DNA from: Flavobacteriaceae bacterium
Lineage (GTDB): Bacteria; Bacteroidota; Bacteroidia; Flavobacteriales; Flavobacteriaceae
Assembly (NCBI GenBank): GCA_965657545.1
Contig: CBFHOG010000005.1
Coordinates: forward strand, 6,628 to 70,627
Reading direction: 5' to 3'
Length of the DNA: 64,000 nucleotides
Positions 39,149 to 49,794 of this stretch are shown here, piece by piece. The notes beneath the pieces were generated by a model. That model ran no database searches. It was not told where the DNA came from and saw only the letters and a list, made by a program, of their open reading frames with translations. The position numbers and the translations under genes are program-made. The stretch's first letter is position 1, and the number at the start of each line of letters is the position of its first letter.

Positions 39149-39733
39149 ATGAGACACGGAAAAAAAGTAGCCCATTTGGGGCGTACCAATACACACAGAA
39201 AAGCGATGCTTGCCAATATGGCATCTTCACTGATTGAGCACAAACGCATCAACACAACTGTTGCTCGCGCAAAGGCGCTTAAAACTTTTATAGAACCGCT
39301 TATTACGCGTTCAAAGGAAGATTCGACACACAACCGTCGTGTTGCCTTTAGAGCACTTCGTGATAAATATGCGGTTACCGAATTGTTTCGTACCATTTCG
39401 GAAAAAGTAGGCGATCGTCCAGGTGGCTACACGCGCATTATCAAAATGGGGAATAGACTCGGGGATAATGCAGATATGGCGTTGATTGAACTTGTTGATT
39501 TCAACGAAGTATATGAAACAGCTAAACCTAAGAAGAAGTCACGCAGACGTGGAGGAAAGAAAGCTGCTACTGCTGAAACAACAATAGCTACTACAGCTAC
39601 AGAAACAGTAGAAGCCACTGAGGAGGCTCCTACGCCTGTGGATGAAACACCTAAGGTTGAAGAAACAACAGCATCAGCTGTTGATACTCCTGATTCAGAT
39701 GCTACAACAGACGAAAAAAACGAGACTGAATAA
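39149..39733 (+). CDS. rplQ: 50S ribosomal protein L17 with long acidic Thr/Glu-rich C-terminal extension
   Basis: [21 protein letters not shown]...L..H..I.TT..RAK.... The canonical L17 fold ends near ...MALIELVD (about residue 120). About 70 further low-complexity residues follow. Confidence 0.93.
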   Translation: MRHGKKVAHLGRTNTHRKAMLANMASSLIEHKRINTTVARAKALKTFIEPLITRSKEDSTHNRRVAFRALRDKYAVTELFRTISEKVGDRPGGYTRIIKMGNRLGDNADMALIELVDFNEVYETAKPKKKSRRRGGKKAATAETTIATTATETVEATEEAPTPVDETPKVEETTASAVDTPDSDATTDEKNETE

Positions 39734-39760
39734 TAATTAACAGACTCTTAATAACTCAAA

Positions 39761-39790
39761 GGATAAACCTGATGGTTTATCCTTTTTTTT
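39761..39790 (+). terminator. intrinsic terminator ending the ribosomal super-operon
   Basis: GGATAAACC-TGAT-GGTTTATCC (9-bp perfect stem) followed by T8 (39783-39790), 28 nt after the rplQ stop. Confidence 0.7.
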
Positions 39791-39794
39791 ATAT

Positions 39795-39802
39795 TATTTT
39801 TG
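39795..39802 (+). promoter_or_regulatory. candidate -7 promoter box (TATTTTTG) for carA
   Basis: Match to TAnnTTTG, 18 nt upstream of the carA ATG and immediately after the terminator T-tract. Confidence 0.3.
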
Positions 39803-39820
39803 CCAAAACACTTAAACCAC

Positions 39821-42231
<2,411 letters not shown>

Positions 42232-42262
42232 TTCATCTAATTAAATACAGTAAGCTAAAGTA

Positions 42263-43546
42263 ATGGCAAAAACAGCAACACTGTCCTACGAGGACAAATC
42301 AATTGAACTACCTGTCATAGAAGGAAGTGAAAACGAATTGGGCATTGATATCAAAACCCTTCGTGCTAAAACAAATTTAATTACACTTGACCCAGGTTTT
42401 AAAAATACAGGGTCGTGTCAAAGTGCAATTACGTATTTGGACGGAGAGCAAGGCGTATTGCGTTATCGTGGATATGATATTGAAGAACTTGCCAACAATG
42501 CCGATTTTTTAGAAGTTGCATATTTGCTCATCTTTGGCGAGCTACCCAATGAAGCACAATTGGATAAATTTTTGGTAGATATCAAGGAAGAGTCCTACAT
42601 AGATGAAGACCTGAAAAAAATCCTGGAAAGTTTCCCTAGTGCTGCGCATCCTATGGGTGTATTGTCTTCTTTAACAAGTGCACTTACAGCTTTTAATCCC
42701 AGTTCTGTTGATGTCGAAAGTGAAGAAGACATGTACAGAGCCATTACGCGTATTATGGGGAAGCTCCCTGTTTTGGTTGCTTGGGTGTTTAGAAAAAAAG
42801 CAGGTCTCCCACTCAAATATGGAGATTATTCATTGGGTTATGTAGAGAATATCGCACGTATGATGTTCCGCAAGCCAAATAAAGAATATGTTGCCAACCC
42901 TATTGTAGATGCTGCACTAAATAAACTATTGATTTTACACGCTGAACACGAGCAAAACTGTTCCACATCAACTGTTCGTATTGTAGGTTCATCGCATGCA
43001 GGACTTTTTGCATCTATTTCGGCAGGAATTTCAGCACTTTGGGGGCCACTCCACGGCGGTGCAAATCAAGCAGTAGTAGAAATGTTGGAGGCTATTCGTC
43101 AAGATGGTGGTGATACCAAAAAATACATGGAAAAGGCAAAGGACAAGGCAGATCCGTTCCGTCTTATGGGCTTTGGACACCGTGTGTATAAGAATTTTGA
43201 CCCCCGTGCACGTATCATAAAAAAAGCAGCAGATGAAGTTTTAGCTGACTTAGGCGTTGTTGATCCTGTGTTAGATATTGCTAAAGAATTAGAAGCTGAG
43301 GCACTTAGCGATCCGTATTTTGTAGATCGTAAATTGTATCCAAACGTTGATTTTTACTCTGGAATTATTTATCGCGCCATGGGGATTTCAACAGAGACAT
43401 TCACGGTGATGTTTGCACTTGGCCGCTTGCCAGGATGGATTGCGCAGTGGAGAGAAATGCGACTTAATAAAGAACCTATTGGACGTCCACGTCAAATTTA
43501 TGTAGGTGAAACACAGCGCTCATTTGTGCCCTTGAATAAGCGTTAG
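42263..43546 (+). CDS. gltA: citrate synthase (type II)
   Basis: A 427-aa protein with GPLHGGAN and MGFGHRVYKNFDPR. Confidence 0.95.
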   Translation: MAKTATLSYEDKSIELPVIEGSENELGIDIKTLRAKTNLITLDPGFKNTGSCQSAITYLDGEQGVLRYRGYDIEELANNADFLEVAYLLIFGELPNEAQLDKFLVDIKEESYIDEDLKKILESFPSAAHPMGVLSSLTSALTAFNPSSVDVESEEDMYRAITRIMGKLPVLVAWVFRKKAGLPLKYGDYSLGYVENIARMMFRKPNKEYVANPIVDAALNKLLILHAEHEQNCSTSTVRIVGSSHAGLFASISAGISALWGPLHGGANQAVVEMLEAIRQDGGDTKKYMEKAKDKADPFRLMGFGHRVYKNFDPRARIIKKAADEVLADLGVVDPVLDIAKELEAEALSDPYFVDRKLYPNVDFYSGIIYRAMGISTETFTVMFALGRLPGWIAQWREMRLNKEPIGRPRQIYVGETQRSFVPLNKR

Positions 43547-43569
43547 TTGTTCGTTAAGTTTCCGTTTAT

Positions 43570-43986
43570 TTACAGATAGTCTTCTGTGTTTTTTGCTTTT
43601 TGTTGCTGTATCTTTTTAAAGAACAAACGCACAGGCTCTGACTGAGCAGAAACCGAAACTTTGTGATGATCTGCGTGAACACTATACGCATCACTAGTGC
43701 CCTTAAATATAGTCAGTTTATAATAAGGAATAACCAACGCATAGGTTTCTAATAATGATCTAAATCGTAAAATAATTCCTTTTGGCCGTAATTCTACATT
43801 ACACGTATTGTCATTGTGATCTAATAAAAAAAGGGCATCAATTTCTTTGCTACTGGTGGTTACATGTAGCTTTGGCGAACCAACACCTCCTAATTTTAAA
43901 CGCTCCAAAAGTGTAAAAGGCTTTCCCAGTAAGGCGTCTATTTCAGCGCGTTGTTTTTTGTCGTTATAGGATACATTTTTTAACAT
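43570..43986 (-). CDS. hypothetical protein (138 aa)
   Basis: ORF trimmed to the ATG at 43986 (MLKNVSYNDKKQ...). The longer frame would overlap the argS start. A -7 box sits 4 nt upstream of this ATG. Family not recognised. Confidence 0.5.
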   Translation of the reverse strand: MLKNVSYNDKKQRAEIDALLGKPFTLLERLKLGGVGSPKLHVTTSSKEIDALFLLDHNDNTCNVELRPKGIILRFRSLLETYALVIPYYKLTIFKGTSDAYSVHADHHKVSVSAQSEPVRLFFKKIQQQKAKNTEDYL

Positions 43987-43990
43987 TTCA

Positions 43991-43998
43991 CAAAGATA
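43991..43998 (-). promoter_or_regulatory. candidate -7 promoter box (TATCTTTG on the minus strand) 4 nt from the ATG of the 43570..43986 ORF
   Basis: The minus strand reads TATCTTTG-TGAA-ATG, an exact TAnnTTTG match. Confidence 0.35.
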
Positions 43999-44030
43999 AA
44001 CGAAAACACAATGTAGCTTGTTGAAACCTG

Positions 44031-44038
44031 TATCTTTG
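44031..44038 (+). promoter_or_regulatory. candidate -7 promoter box (TATCTTTG) for argS
   Basis: Exact TAnnTTTG match, 16 nt upstream of the argS ATG. Confidence 0.3.
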
Positions 44039-44054
44039 CATCTTATTATTTGGT

Positions 44055-45824
44055 ATGGAATCAATACTTATAAAACACTTAAGCGGATACTTTAAAGCAC
44101 AGTACAACAAAGAGGTTGGTACGTTTGAAATTCAACCCACAAAACCGCAATTTGAAGGTGATTTGACCCTCGTGGTTTTTCCATTGCTTAAAGTAGTTCC
44201 AAAAAAACCGGCTGAACTTGCTACGGAATTGGGTGATTTTCTGGTTGATGCAGTAGCGGAAATTAAAGCATACAATGTGGTTCAAGGCTTTTTGAACATT
44301 GAGATTTCAGATGCCTACTATATTGATTTTCTTTTGCAACTATCGCAAAATCCCAACTTTGGATTTACGCAAAAGACTGCTGTGTCTGATACGCTTTTGG
44401 TTGAGTACTCATCGCCCAATACCAACAAACCCCTACACCTTGGACACATCAGGAATAACCTGTTGGGAGCTTCTGTTGCCAATATTTTGGCAGCGCATGG
44501 GGATAAAGTGCACACCACACAAATCATCAACGACAGAGGTATTCACATTTGCAAGTCAATGGTGGCGTGGCAAAAATTCGGAAACGCCGAAACACCTACA
44601 AGTACTGGTTTAAAAGGCGATGCGCTTGTTGGGAAGTATTATGTACTTTTTGATCAACAGTATAAAAAGGAAATAGCAGATTTAGTTGCTACGGGCATTA
44701 CGGAAGACCAAGCTAAAAACGACGCGCCTATACTGCAAGAAGCGAAAGAAATGCTATTAAAATGGGAACAAAACGACCCCGATGTACGCTCACTTTGGAA
44801 ACAAATGAATACATGGGTATATGATGGTTTTGCCAAAACATATTCTCGATTAGGTGTTCATTTTGATTCGTATTACTATGAAAGTGACACCTATTTATTG
44901 GGAAAAGATACGGTTGATGAAGGTCTTTCAAAAGGTATTTTTTATTCAAAAGATGACGGTTCTGTTTGGGTGGATTTAACTGAAGATGGCTTAGACGAAA
45001 AATTGTTACTTCGTTCAGATGGTACTTCTGTTTATATGACGCAAGATCTGGGTACTGCGCGATTGCGATATACCAATCATCCCGATATGAAAGGCATGGT
45101 ATATACAGTTGGGAACGAACAAGACTATCATTTTAAGGTGTTGTTTTTAATTCTAAAAAAACTAGGATATGATTGGTCTTCCCAATTACATCACCTAAGC
45201 TATGGTATGGTGGACTTGCCTAGTGGAAAAATGAAAAGTAGGGAAGGTACTGTTGTTGACGCCGATGCGCTTATGGACGAAATGCATGCCACGGCGAAGC
45301 AAATTTCTCAAGAGTTGGGTAAGCTTGATGGTATGACAGAAGACGAAAAAGAAAATCTATATCACACCATTGGTATGGGTGCATTAAAATATTACATCCT
45401 CAAAGTAGATCCCAAAAAGCGTATTCTATTTGACCCTAAAGCTTCGGTTGATTTCAGTGGAAACACGGGGCCATTTATCCAATATACACACGCTCGAATT
45501 CAATCTATTTTAAGAAAAGCGGGCGAAAATAATGCCGCTTACGATACAACAGTTTCATTACATAATAAAGAGAAAGCAGTGCTTAAAATGCTGGGGCAGT
45601 TTCCAGCTACTGTCTCCGCTGCAGCAAATCAATATAGTCCTGCGTTGATTGCTAATTATGTATATGATTTAGTAAAACATTACAACTCGTATTACCAAGA
45701 AGTTCCCATTTTGGTGGAGGATAGTAGCATAAAATCTTTGCGTGTTGCGCTTTGCGCTGCAGTGGGTCAGGTAATTCAAAAAAGTTTGGGACTTCTGGGT
45801 ATTGAGGCTCCAGAAAGGATGTAA
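44055..45824 (+). CDS. argS: arginine-tRNA ligase
   Basis: A 589-aa class-I aaRS with the HIGH-type motif PLHLGHIRN and a KMSK-region GKMKSREG. The C-terminal anticodon-binding end ...APERM is typical of ArgS. Confidence 0.93.
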   Translation: MESILIKHLSGYFKAQYNKEVGTFEIQPTKPQFEGDLTLVVFPLLKVVPKKPAELATELGDFLVDAVAEIKAYNVVQGFLNIEISDAYYIDFLLQLSQNPNFGFTQKTAVSDTLLVEYSSPNTNKPLHLGHIRNNLLGASVANILAAHGDKVHTTQIINDRGIHICKSMVAWQKFGNAETPTSTGLKGDALVGKYYVLFDQQYKKEIADLVATGITEDQAKNDAPILQEAKEMLLKWEQNDPDVRSLWKQMNTWVYDGFAKTYSRLGVHFDSYYYESDTYLLGKDTVDEGLSKGIFYSKDDGSVWVDLTEDGLDEKLLLRSDGTSVYMTQDLGTARLRYTNHPDMKGMVYTVGNEQDYHFKVLFLILKKLGYDWSSQLHHLSYGMVDLPSGKMKSREGTVVDADALMDEMHATAKQISQELGKLDGMTEDEKENLYHTIGMGALKYYILKVDPKKRILFDPKASVDFSGNTGPFIQYTHARIQSILRKAGENNAAYDTTVSLHNKEKAVLKMLGQFPATVSAAANQYSPALIANYVYDLVKHYNSYYQEVPILVEDSSIKSLRVALCAAVGQVIQKSLGLLGIEAPERM

Positions 45825-45830
45825 AAAAAA

Positions 45831-45853
45831 AGCCCCGATGTAACATCGAGGCT
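45831..45853. terminator. shared (bidirectional) terminator hairpin between the convergent argS and rhodopsin genes
   Basis: AGCCCCGATG-TAA-CATCGAGGCT, a 10-bp stem with one mismatch. It is preceded by A9 (45822-45830) and followed by a T-rich tail. Confidence 0.55.
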
Positions 45854-45875
45854 TAATTTGAATAATTTATTAAAA

Positions 45876-46586
45876 TTATTTGCTAGATACAGCTGCAGCA
45901 TAAACTACAAGACCAAATCCAATTTTGTTGATTGCATCACCAATGTTGTAAACAACATCCATGTTTAAACCAATTCCGTCAACAAAGTCATACCAACCGT
46001 CAGTACCGATCATATATCCTAATGGGTAAATTGCCCATCCGATAAGTACAAACAATGTTAGCGTTTTGTGTGCTTTTTCAACAGAACCTCCTGCAGCAGC
46101 AGCAAGCTTAGCCAAAGGACCAAATTTGATTAACCACGCAATGTAGAAGTATGCTAAACCAGAAGCAAGACCCCAAAGTGCAGGACCGCTAGCAGTATCA
46201 GAAACTTCTCCAAAGTAACCTGTTACTAACATTACAAGTGAAGCCCAAATCAAAGTGCTAAGGTGCTTTTTGGTTGCACCAGCCGCTTTTAAGATAAGGT
46301 AAAACTCAACACACATTAATGGAACAGTTAAAATCCAGTCAATATAACGGATCTCAGTTGTTACACCACCTGTAGTTGCAGCTTCTCTCATGTAATAATA
46401 GTGAACAGCAGCAATAAATGTAATCAATCCTGATACCAAGATAGACGTTCTCCATTTGCTGTCAAATTGGTTTAAAGACAAGAAAAAGAAAGCTGACGCA
46501 GCAGTCATTGCCATTGTCCCTAAAAAGAAAGTGAAATTTACCGGATCACTTAGGTCCGCAATAGTTACTAAATTTGTAAGTGTCAT
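45876..46586 (-). CDS. proteorhodopsin-type light-driven proton pump (DTE motif, Met at the spectral-tuning site)
   Basis: A 236-aa, 7-TM protein. Helix C RYIDWILTVPLMCVEF gives D83/T87/E94, aligning with proteorhodopsin D97/T101/E108. His62 in VHYYYM corresponds to H75. Helix G has NIGDAINKIGFG with D217 and the Schiff-base Lys221. Met91 aligns with tuning position 105. Confidence 0.9.
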   Translation of the reverse strand: MTLTNLVTIADLSDPVNFTFFLGTMAMTAASAFFFLSLNQFDSKWRTSILVSGLITFIAAVHYYYMREAATTGGVTTEIRYIDWILTVPLMCVEFYLILKAAGATKKHLSTLIWASLVMLVTGYFGEVSDTASGPALWGLASGLAYFYIAWLIKFGPLAKLAAAAGGSVEKAHKTLTLFVLIGWAIYPLGYMIGTDGWYDFVDGIGLNMDVVYNIGDAINKIGFGLVVYAAAVSSK

Positions 46587-46642
46587 AATTTTTTAATTAT
46601 AATTTTGTTGAGCGCAAGTTAAAAAAAATTAAACAAACCGTA

Positions 46643-46650
46643 TATATTTG
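46643..46650 (+). promoter_or_regulatory. candidate -7 promoter box (TATATTTG) for blh
   Basis: Exact TAnnTTTG match, 31 nt upstream of the blh ATG, in the 95-bp divergent rhodopsin/blh spacer. Confidence 0.3.
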
Positions 46651-46681
46651 ATTAAAATTTTTCAAACAATATAAAAAACAC

Positions 46682-47563
46682 ATGCCTAAACTATTGAGTT
46701 TTGAACGCCAAAAAATCGGTATCACACTGATTTGCACCCTGTTGGGACTGGCATTGCCTATGTCTTTTTTATGGGTTTTAGCGGCTATAAATGTGTTAAT
46801 AATTGGTGTAATTCATGGTGCAAATGATTTATATATCCTATCAAAATATAGTAAAACGACAAAAAAACGTCAATTTGGATATTTATTTGTCAGTTACGTA
46901 TTTTTTGTATCAATTATGGTTTTGGCGCTTTATAACGTTCCACAATACGCACTTTTGTTGTTTGTTTTAGCCAGTTCGTTCCATTTTGGGGAGCAACAAT
47001 GGCATAAGAATAGCATTGTCAAATCCGCAAAGCTTCATATTTTCTATATTGTTTATGGTGCATTTCTTTTTTCTTTGTTGTTTTTCACCCATCAAGATCA
47101 AACACTTTCTATAATTCAAGAAATTTCAGGTATTCAAATGGAGCAAAATATGCTATTACACATATTGATTGTCTCCTTTATACTTACCGTTTTTTTTGGA
47201 TTATTAAATATTAAACAAATTAAGACACAGTTCTTTTTTCAGTTTTTAGCACTTCTGTCTTTACTATTACTGTTTACCCAAACCTCCCTTTTGTGGTCTT
47301 TTTCAGTCTATTTTGTGTTGTGGCACAGTATTCCATCATTAAAAGAGCAAGCGGTAGTATTATACCCCAATGATATGCATCCTATATATACATACTTTAA
47401 ACAGGCGCTTCCATACTGGATCTTGTCTTTAATTGGTCTAGCAGTAGCTTTTGTTTTTTTTAATGAAAATACAGCATCCCTTCTGTCCCTATTTTTTGGA
47501 TTTTTGGCAGCTATTACCATTCCCCATGTTCTTGTTATTTTTTGGATGCACCAGAAAAACTAA
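46682..47563 (+). CDS. blh: beta-carotene 15,15'-dioxygenase (Brp/Blh family), retinal-forming
   Basis: A 293-aa polytopic membrane protein with four conserved-looking His contexts (VIHGANDL, SFHFGEQQW, VLWHSIPS, TIPHVLV). Divergently adjacent to the rhodopsin gene, as in known flavobacterial PR loci. Confidence 0.8.
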   Translation: MPKLLSFERQKIGITLICTLLGLALPMSFLWVLAAINVLIIGVIHGANDLYILSKYSKTTKKRQFGYLFVSYVFFVSIMVLALYNVPQYALLLFVLASSFHFGEQQWHKNSIVKSAKLHIFYIVYGAFLFSLLFFTHQDQTLSIIQEISGIQMEQNMLLHILIVSFILTVFFGLLNIKQIKTQFFFQFLALLSLLLLFTQTSLLWSFSVYFVLWHSIPSLKEQAVVLYPNDMHPIYTYFKQALPYWILSLIGLAVAFVFFNENTASLLSLFFGFLAAITIPHVLVIFWMHQKN

Positions 47564-47568
47564 TTCCG

Positions 47569-47576
47569 TAATTTTG
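47569..47576 (+). promoter_or_regulatory. candidate -7 promoter box (TAATTTTG) for ffh
   Basis: Exact TAnnTTTG match, 17 nt upstream of the ffh ATG. Confidence 0.3.
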
Positions 47577-47593
47577 AACTTTATTTCCAATTC

Positions 47594-48916
47594 ATGTTTG
47601 AACAGTTTAGTCAACGCCTAGACAAGGCGCTAAAAACACTTAAGGGTCACGGACGCATTACCGAGATTAATGTTGCCGAAACAATGAAAGAAGTTCGCCG
47701 TGCGCTACTTGATGCCGATGTGAATTTCAAAATTGCCAAATCTTTTTCAGAAGACGTCAAGCAGAAAGCACTGGGTCAAAAAGTCCTCACAAGCTTAAAG
47801 CCAGGTCAGTTACTCATAAAAATTGTACAAGACGAACTGACTGCGTTACTCGGCGGACAAAAGGCTTCACTTGCTGTTTCAGGGAAACCCGCTGTCATAT
47901 TAATGAGCGGCTTGCAGGGTTCAGGGAAAACGACCTGTACTGCCAAACTGGCTAAACACCTTAAAACAAAGCAGGCTAAAAAAGTTTTACTCGTTGCTTG
48001 TGATGTGTACCGTCCGGCGGCAATTGAACAATTACAAGTATTGGGAGAGCAAATAGATGTAGCTGTTTTTGCACAACCCGAAAACAACAATCCTGTTGAG
48101 ATTGCCAATAATGCCTTACAACATGCCAAAACACATCAGTTTAATGTTGTTATTATTGATACCGCTGGTCGATTGGCGATTGACGAGGCACTCATGCAAG
48201 AAATTGACAGCATTCACAAAGCGGTTCGACCAACGGAAACACTTTTTGTAGTTGATGCCATGATGGGGCAAGATGCGGTAAATACAGCAAAAGCCTTCCA
48301 CGATTTACTGCAATTTGACGGAATTGTCCTTACCAAAATGGATGGTGATACACGAGGTGGTGCTGCGCTTTCCATAAAGTCTATTGTCAATAAGCCTATC
48401 AAATTTATTGGTACGGGAGAAAAAGTAGATGCTTTGGATGTATTTCACCCCGACCGTATGGCGGAGCGTATTTTGGGAATGGGCGATGTGGTCTCCTTAG
48501 TTGAGCGTGCTCAAGAGCAGGTTGACGAAGAGGAAGCAAAACGTATTCAGCGTAAAATCTCTAAAAACCAATTCGGATATGACGATTTTTTGAGCCAGCT
48601 CAAGCAAGTGCAGCGCATGGGTTCTATGAAAGATTTAGTAGGGATGATTCCTGGTGCGAGTAAAGCATTAAACGGTGCAGAAATTGACGAAGATGCGTTT
48701 AAGGGCGTAGAGGCACTCATTCAATCTATGACACCCAAAGAACGCCAACAACCCAAATTGCTTGATTACAGTAGAAAAAAACGTATTGCCAAAGGCGCTG
48801 GTATGCAAATGGATGATATCAACAAACTGGTAAAACAGTTTGAACAGATGAGTAAAATGATGAAAATGATGCAAGGGGGCAAATCCTCTAAGCTGATGCA
48901 AATGTTTGGAAAATGA
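47594..48916 (+). CDS. ffh: signal recognition particle protein Ffh (SRP54)
   Basis: GTPase motifs GLQGSGKTT, DTAGR and TKMD. Met-rich C-terminal M domain (...QMSKMMKMMQGG...). Confidence 0.96.
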   Translation: MFEQFSQRLDKALKTLKGHGRITEINVAETMKEVRRALLDADVNFKIAKSFSEDVKQKALGQKVLTSLKPGQLLIKIVQDELTALLGGQKASLAVSGKPAVILMSGLQGSGKTTCTAKLAKHLKTKQAKKVLLVACDVYRPAAIEQLQVLGEQIDVAVFAQPENNNPVEIANNALQHAKTHQFNVVIIDTAGRLAIDEALMQEIDSIHKAVRPTETLFVVDAMMGQDAVNTAKAFHDLLQFDGIVLTKMDGDTRGGAALSIKSIVNKPIKFIGTGEKVDALDVFHPDRMAERILGMGDVVSLVERAQEQVDEEEAKRIQRKISKNQFGYDDFLSQLKQVQRMGSMKDLVGMIPGASKALNGAEIDEDAFKGVEALIQSMTPKERQQPKLLDYSRKKRIAKGAGMQMDDINKLVKQFEQMSKMMKMMQGGKSSKLMQMFGK

Positions 48917-49791
48917 GCACTATTTTAGACGGAAAAGCCACCTCAAATCAAATTAAAGAAGAACTTTCGCAAGAAGTCACAGCACTTAAAGCGTCAGGCA
49001 AACGCCCACCGCACTTGGCTGCTGTTTTGGTAGGAAACGATGGTGCTAGTCTAACCTATGTGGGTAGCAAGGTACGCTCTTGCGAAAAAATTGGATTTGA
49101 CTCCACGTTGATACGCTTAGAAGATACCGTTACACAAGACGAGCTTCTTGAGACCATCGACACATTAAATAACGACACTACACTTGACGGCTTTATTGTG
49201 CAGCTTCCCCTTCCTAAACACATCGACGAAGAAGTTGTACTACATGCGATAAATCCCGACAAAGACGTGGATGGATTTCATCCTACCAATTTTGGAAAAA
49301 TGGCACTAGGCATGGAAACCTTTATTCCTGCAACGCCGTTTGGCATCATGGAATTACTACACAGGTATAAGTTAGATATCAGTGGTAAACATGCTGTTGT
49401 GATTGGCCGCAGTCATATCGTAGGTCGTCCAATGAGCATTTTGTTATCTGATAAAGGTAACCCTGGTAATGCTACCGTAACACTAACGCATAGCCGTACA
49501 CAAAATCTAGCAGAAATTACCAAAACAGCTGATATTGTAGTTTCCGCCTTAGGCGTACCAAATTTTGTTACCGCTGATATGATTAAGCAAGGTGCTATTA
49601 TCATTGACGTAGGCATTACGCGCGTTCCTGACGAAAATCATCCAAAAGGCTATGTCATTACAGGTGATGTGGCATATGATGAAGTGAAAGAAAAAGCCAG
49701 TTTTATTACACCCGTTCCCGGTGGTGTAGGCCCCATGACTATTGCCATGTTGTTGCAAAACACCATGTTGGCGTATAAACGCAACTCCTAA
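48913..49791 (+). CDS. folD: bifunctional methylenetetrahydrofolate dehydrogenase/methenyl-THF cyclohydrolase
   Basis: A 292-aa protein with ...VIGRSHIVGRPM... and PVPGGVGPMTIAML. ATGA overlap with ffh. Confidence 0.95.
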   Translation: MSTILDGKATSNQIKEELSQEVTALKASGKRPPHLAAVLVGNDGASLTYVGSKVRSCEKIGFDSTLIRLEDTVTQDELLETIDTLNNDTTLDGFIVQLPLPKHIDEEVVLHAINPDKDVDGFHPTNFGKMALGMETFIPATPFGIMELLHRYKLDISGKHAVVIGRSHIVGRPMSILLSDKGNPGNATVTLTHSRTQNLAEITKTADIVVSALGVPNFVTADMIKQGAIIIDVGITRVPDENHPKGYVITGDVAYDEVKEKASFITPVPGGVGPMTIAMLLQNTMLAYKRNS

Positions 49792-49794
49792 TAA

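Noticed and set aside
46587-46681. A TATAAT-like hexamer and TA-N3-TTTG variants upstream of the rhodopsin gene, considered as its promoter.
   Set aside because: A TATAAT -10 box is not the Bacteroidota consensus. The two TAnnnTTTG matches have the wrong spacing, so I could not support a specific promoter call for the rhodopsin.
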